DNA of 64,000 nt, from positions 310,001-374,000 of the forward strand of contig JAHLTZ010000001.1 in assembly GCA_025786725.1 (NCBI GenBank), in the 5' to 3' direction. Position numbers and translations under genes: made by a program. The stretch comes from Syncephalis fuscata S228. Its lineage: Eukaryota > Fungi > Zoopagomycota. The first letter of the stretch is position 1, and every line of letters begins with the position of its first letter. The notes beneath the pieces were generated by a model. That model saw only the letters and a program-made list of their open reading frames with translations. It was not told where the DNA came from and did not search any database. Of the stretch, positions 62,901 through 64,000 are shown in pieces.

Positions 62901-64000
62901 AATGGGGGTGTTTTTAAATCTTTAATAACACCAAGTAGTGATTGATATGTGTTTTGTTGATCTAAACCAAGTAATCGATCGGGATTATTGCCAGTAATTG
63001 AATGGCCATCAACAATTCGTGGTGAACGTATAGGTGGCTGTGTAAATGACGCATGATTTGATATAAGCGATGGACGACGATTACTATTGATATGTTTAGT
63101 AGTAGTTGGTGGCGATGGTCATTACTACTACTTGGAGAGAGAGTAGGCACTGATTCATCACTATTACCGCGTCGTTGATGGCCGCGTGGTATCCGCTGGC
63201 TGTCTAAAGACATGGCTGTTAACGATTGTTGTTGTTGTTGTTGTTGTTGCTGCTGCTGCCGCTGCTGTTTTGATGATGCATTATTTTGTCGACTAGTTAT
63301 ACTGACTGGTGTACCTGATCGAGAGGCATGGTGCTCTTCAAAAGAACCTGATGCAGAGCGAGCGCCATTACGCTCAAAAGTAGAAGATTTTGCTGTTGTT
63401 ATTGCTGTTGCATTAGGATCGTTTGTACTGGCTGCACGAAGACGGGCACGTTCTAATGCAGCCGATGCAGCTGCTGACCATCCAGCACGAACATCACCGG
63501 CAATCGATGCAGATCCCATTAACGAGTGGTGTCTGCGATGGCGCGCCATTTCCTTTACACTGTTATTTGCTGATTCATTGCGTACTTCTTGTCGTAGACC
63601 ATCCACCAAACGATCGACGTCAAAATCATCATCAGTATCAATGGTGTCAATAGCGTTTTTAGACAATGTAGTTGGCTTTTTACTATTAGTTGATATAGGT
63701 GGCGATGATTGTTTAGAACTAGAACTAGAGCCAGAGCCAAAGCCAAATCTGCTTCTAACTTCTTTGCTTTGAGGTAATGGTGCAGATGCAGGTCCGCTAT
63801 CGGCCACAGATTGAGTTCGTCGGTGCGAACTTAGTCCAGCATTTTCGGTAACACGCAATCCTGACTTTTGACCAACTGGTGGTGGACGACCGAATCGAGA
63901 GACTTGCGATGACAATGCTTGTAATTTGTTGGTGTCAAGTGGTTCTATCGCTGGCCTTGTAGAAGTAGTACTAGCACGATCCGTATTTTTCGATTCAGCA
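59929..64000 (-). CDS. Very large S/T/R-rich, mostly disordered protein; 5' end outside the window; frameshifted as assembled
   Basis: 885-aa and 317-aa collinear ORFs with the same composition. Poly-Q tract and a short helical block (LDEVVESSIRLDRILR...DSEQIVRGLTDVLL). No family recognised. Confidence 0.75.

Noticed and set aside
63212-63772. Poly-Cys ORF and other antisense ORFs (7003-7323, 33080-33409, 34845-35210)
   Set aside because: Shadows of poly-Q, poly-N or Thr/Ala-rich coding sequence on the opposite strand.
1-64000. tRNA, rRNA, snRNA, riboswitch, SECIS or transposase genes
   Set aside because: None recognised by eye; tRNAscan-SE, Infernal/Rfam and RepeatModeler would be needed to exclude them.

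Overview
Gene-dense, AT-rich eukaryotic DNA with many short (about 40-70 nt) GT-AG introns. Gene content (EHD ATPase, TCTEX1D2-like light chain, QNG1, a 7TM-like gene) suggests an early-diverging fungus, possibly a Zoopagomycota mycoparasite such as Syncephalis; this is inference only. Conserved genes read manually across introns: Tctex1-type dynein light chain, QNG1, a PHD-like protein, AIR1/2, UVRAG/Vps38, DCN1, PUB1/TIA-1, SNF4, QCR6, RPAIN-like, two ICMT-like paralogs, a probably mitochondrial ThrRS, MGM1, a 7TM protein, CDC1/MPPE1, a Cid1-family nucleotidyltransferase, a degenerate SDR, EHD and a large S/T-rich protein. Accessory DNA holds five paralogs of an unrecognised coiled-coil gene with 11-residue repeats in two clusters, plus two different pairs of near-identical ~0.93-0.95 kb repeats. 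Many conserved genes carry 1-bp frameshifts, most likely assembly errors. The best leads are (1) a Cid1/TUTase-fold enzyme with a mitochondrial-type presequence and Phe where Cid1 has its UTP-selecting His, a candidate fungal mitochondrial RNA-tailing enzyme; (2) the hendecad-repeat family with variable repeat number and a gene-conversion tract; (3) a ThrRS whose editing domain is present but lacks its catalytic residues. Exon boundaries were read by eye and some gene ends are approximate.
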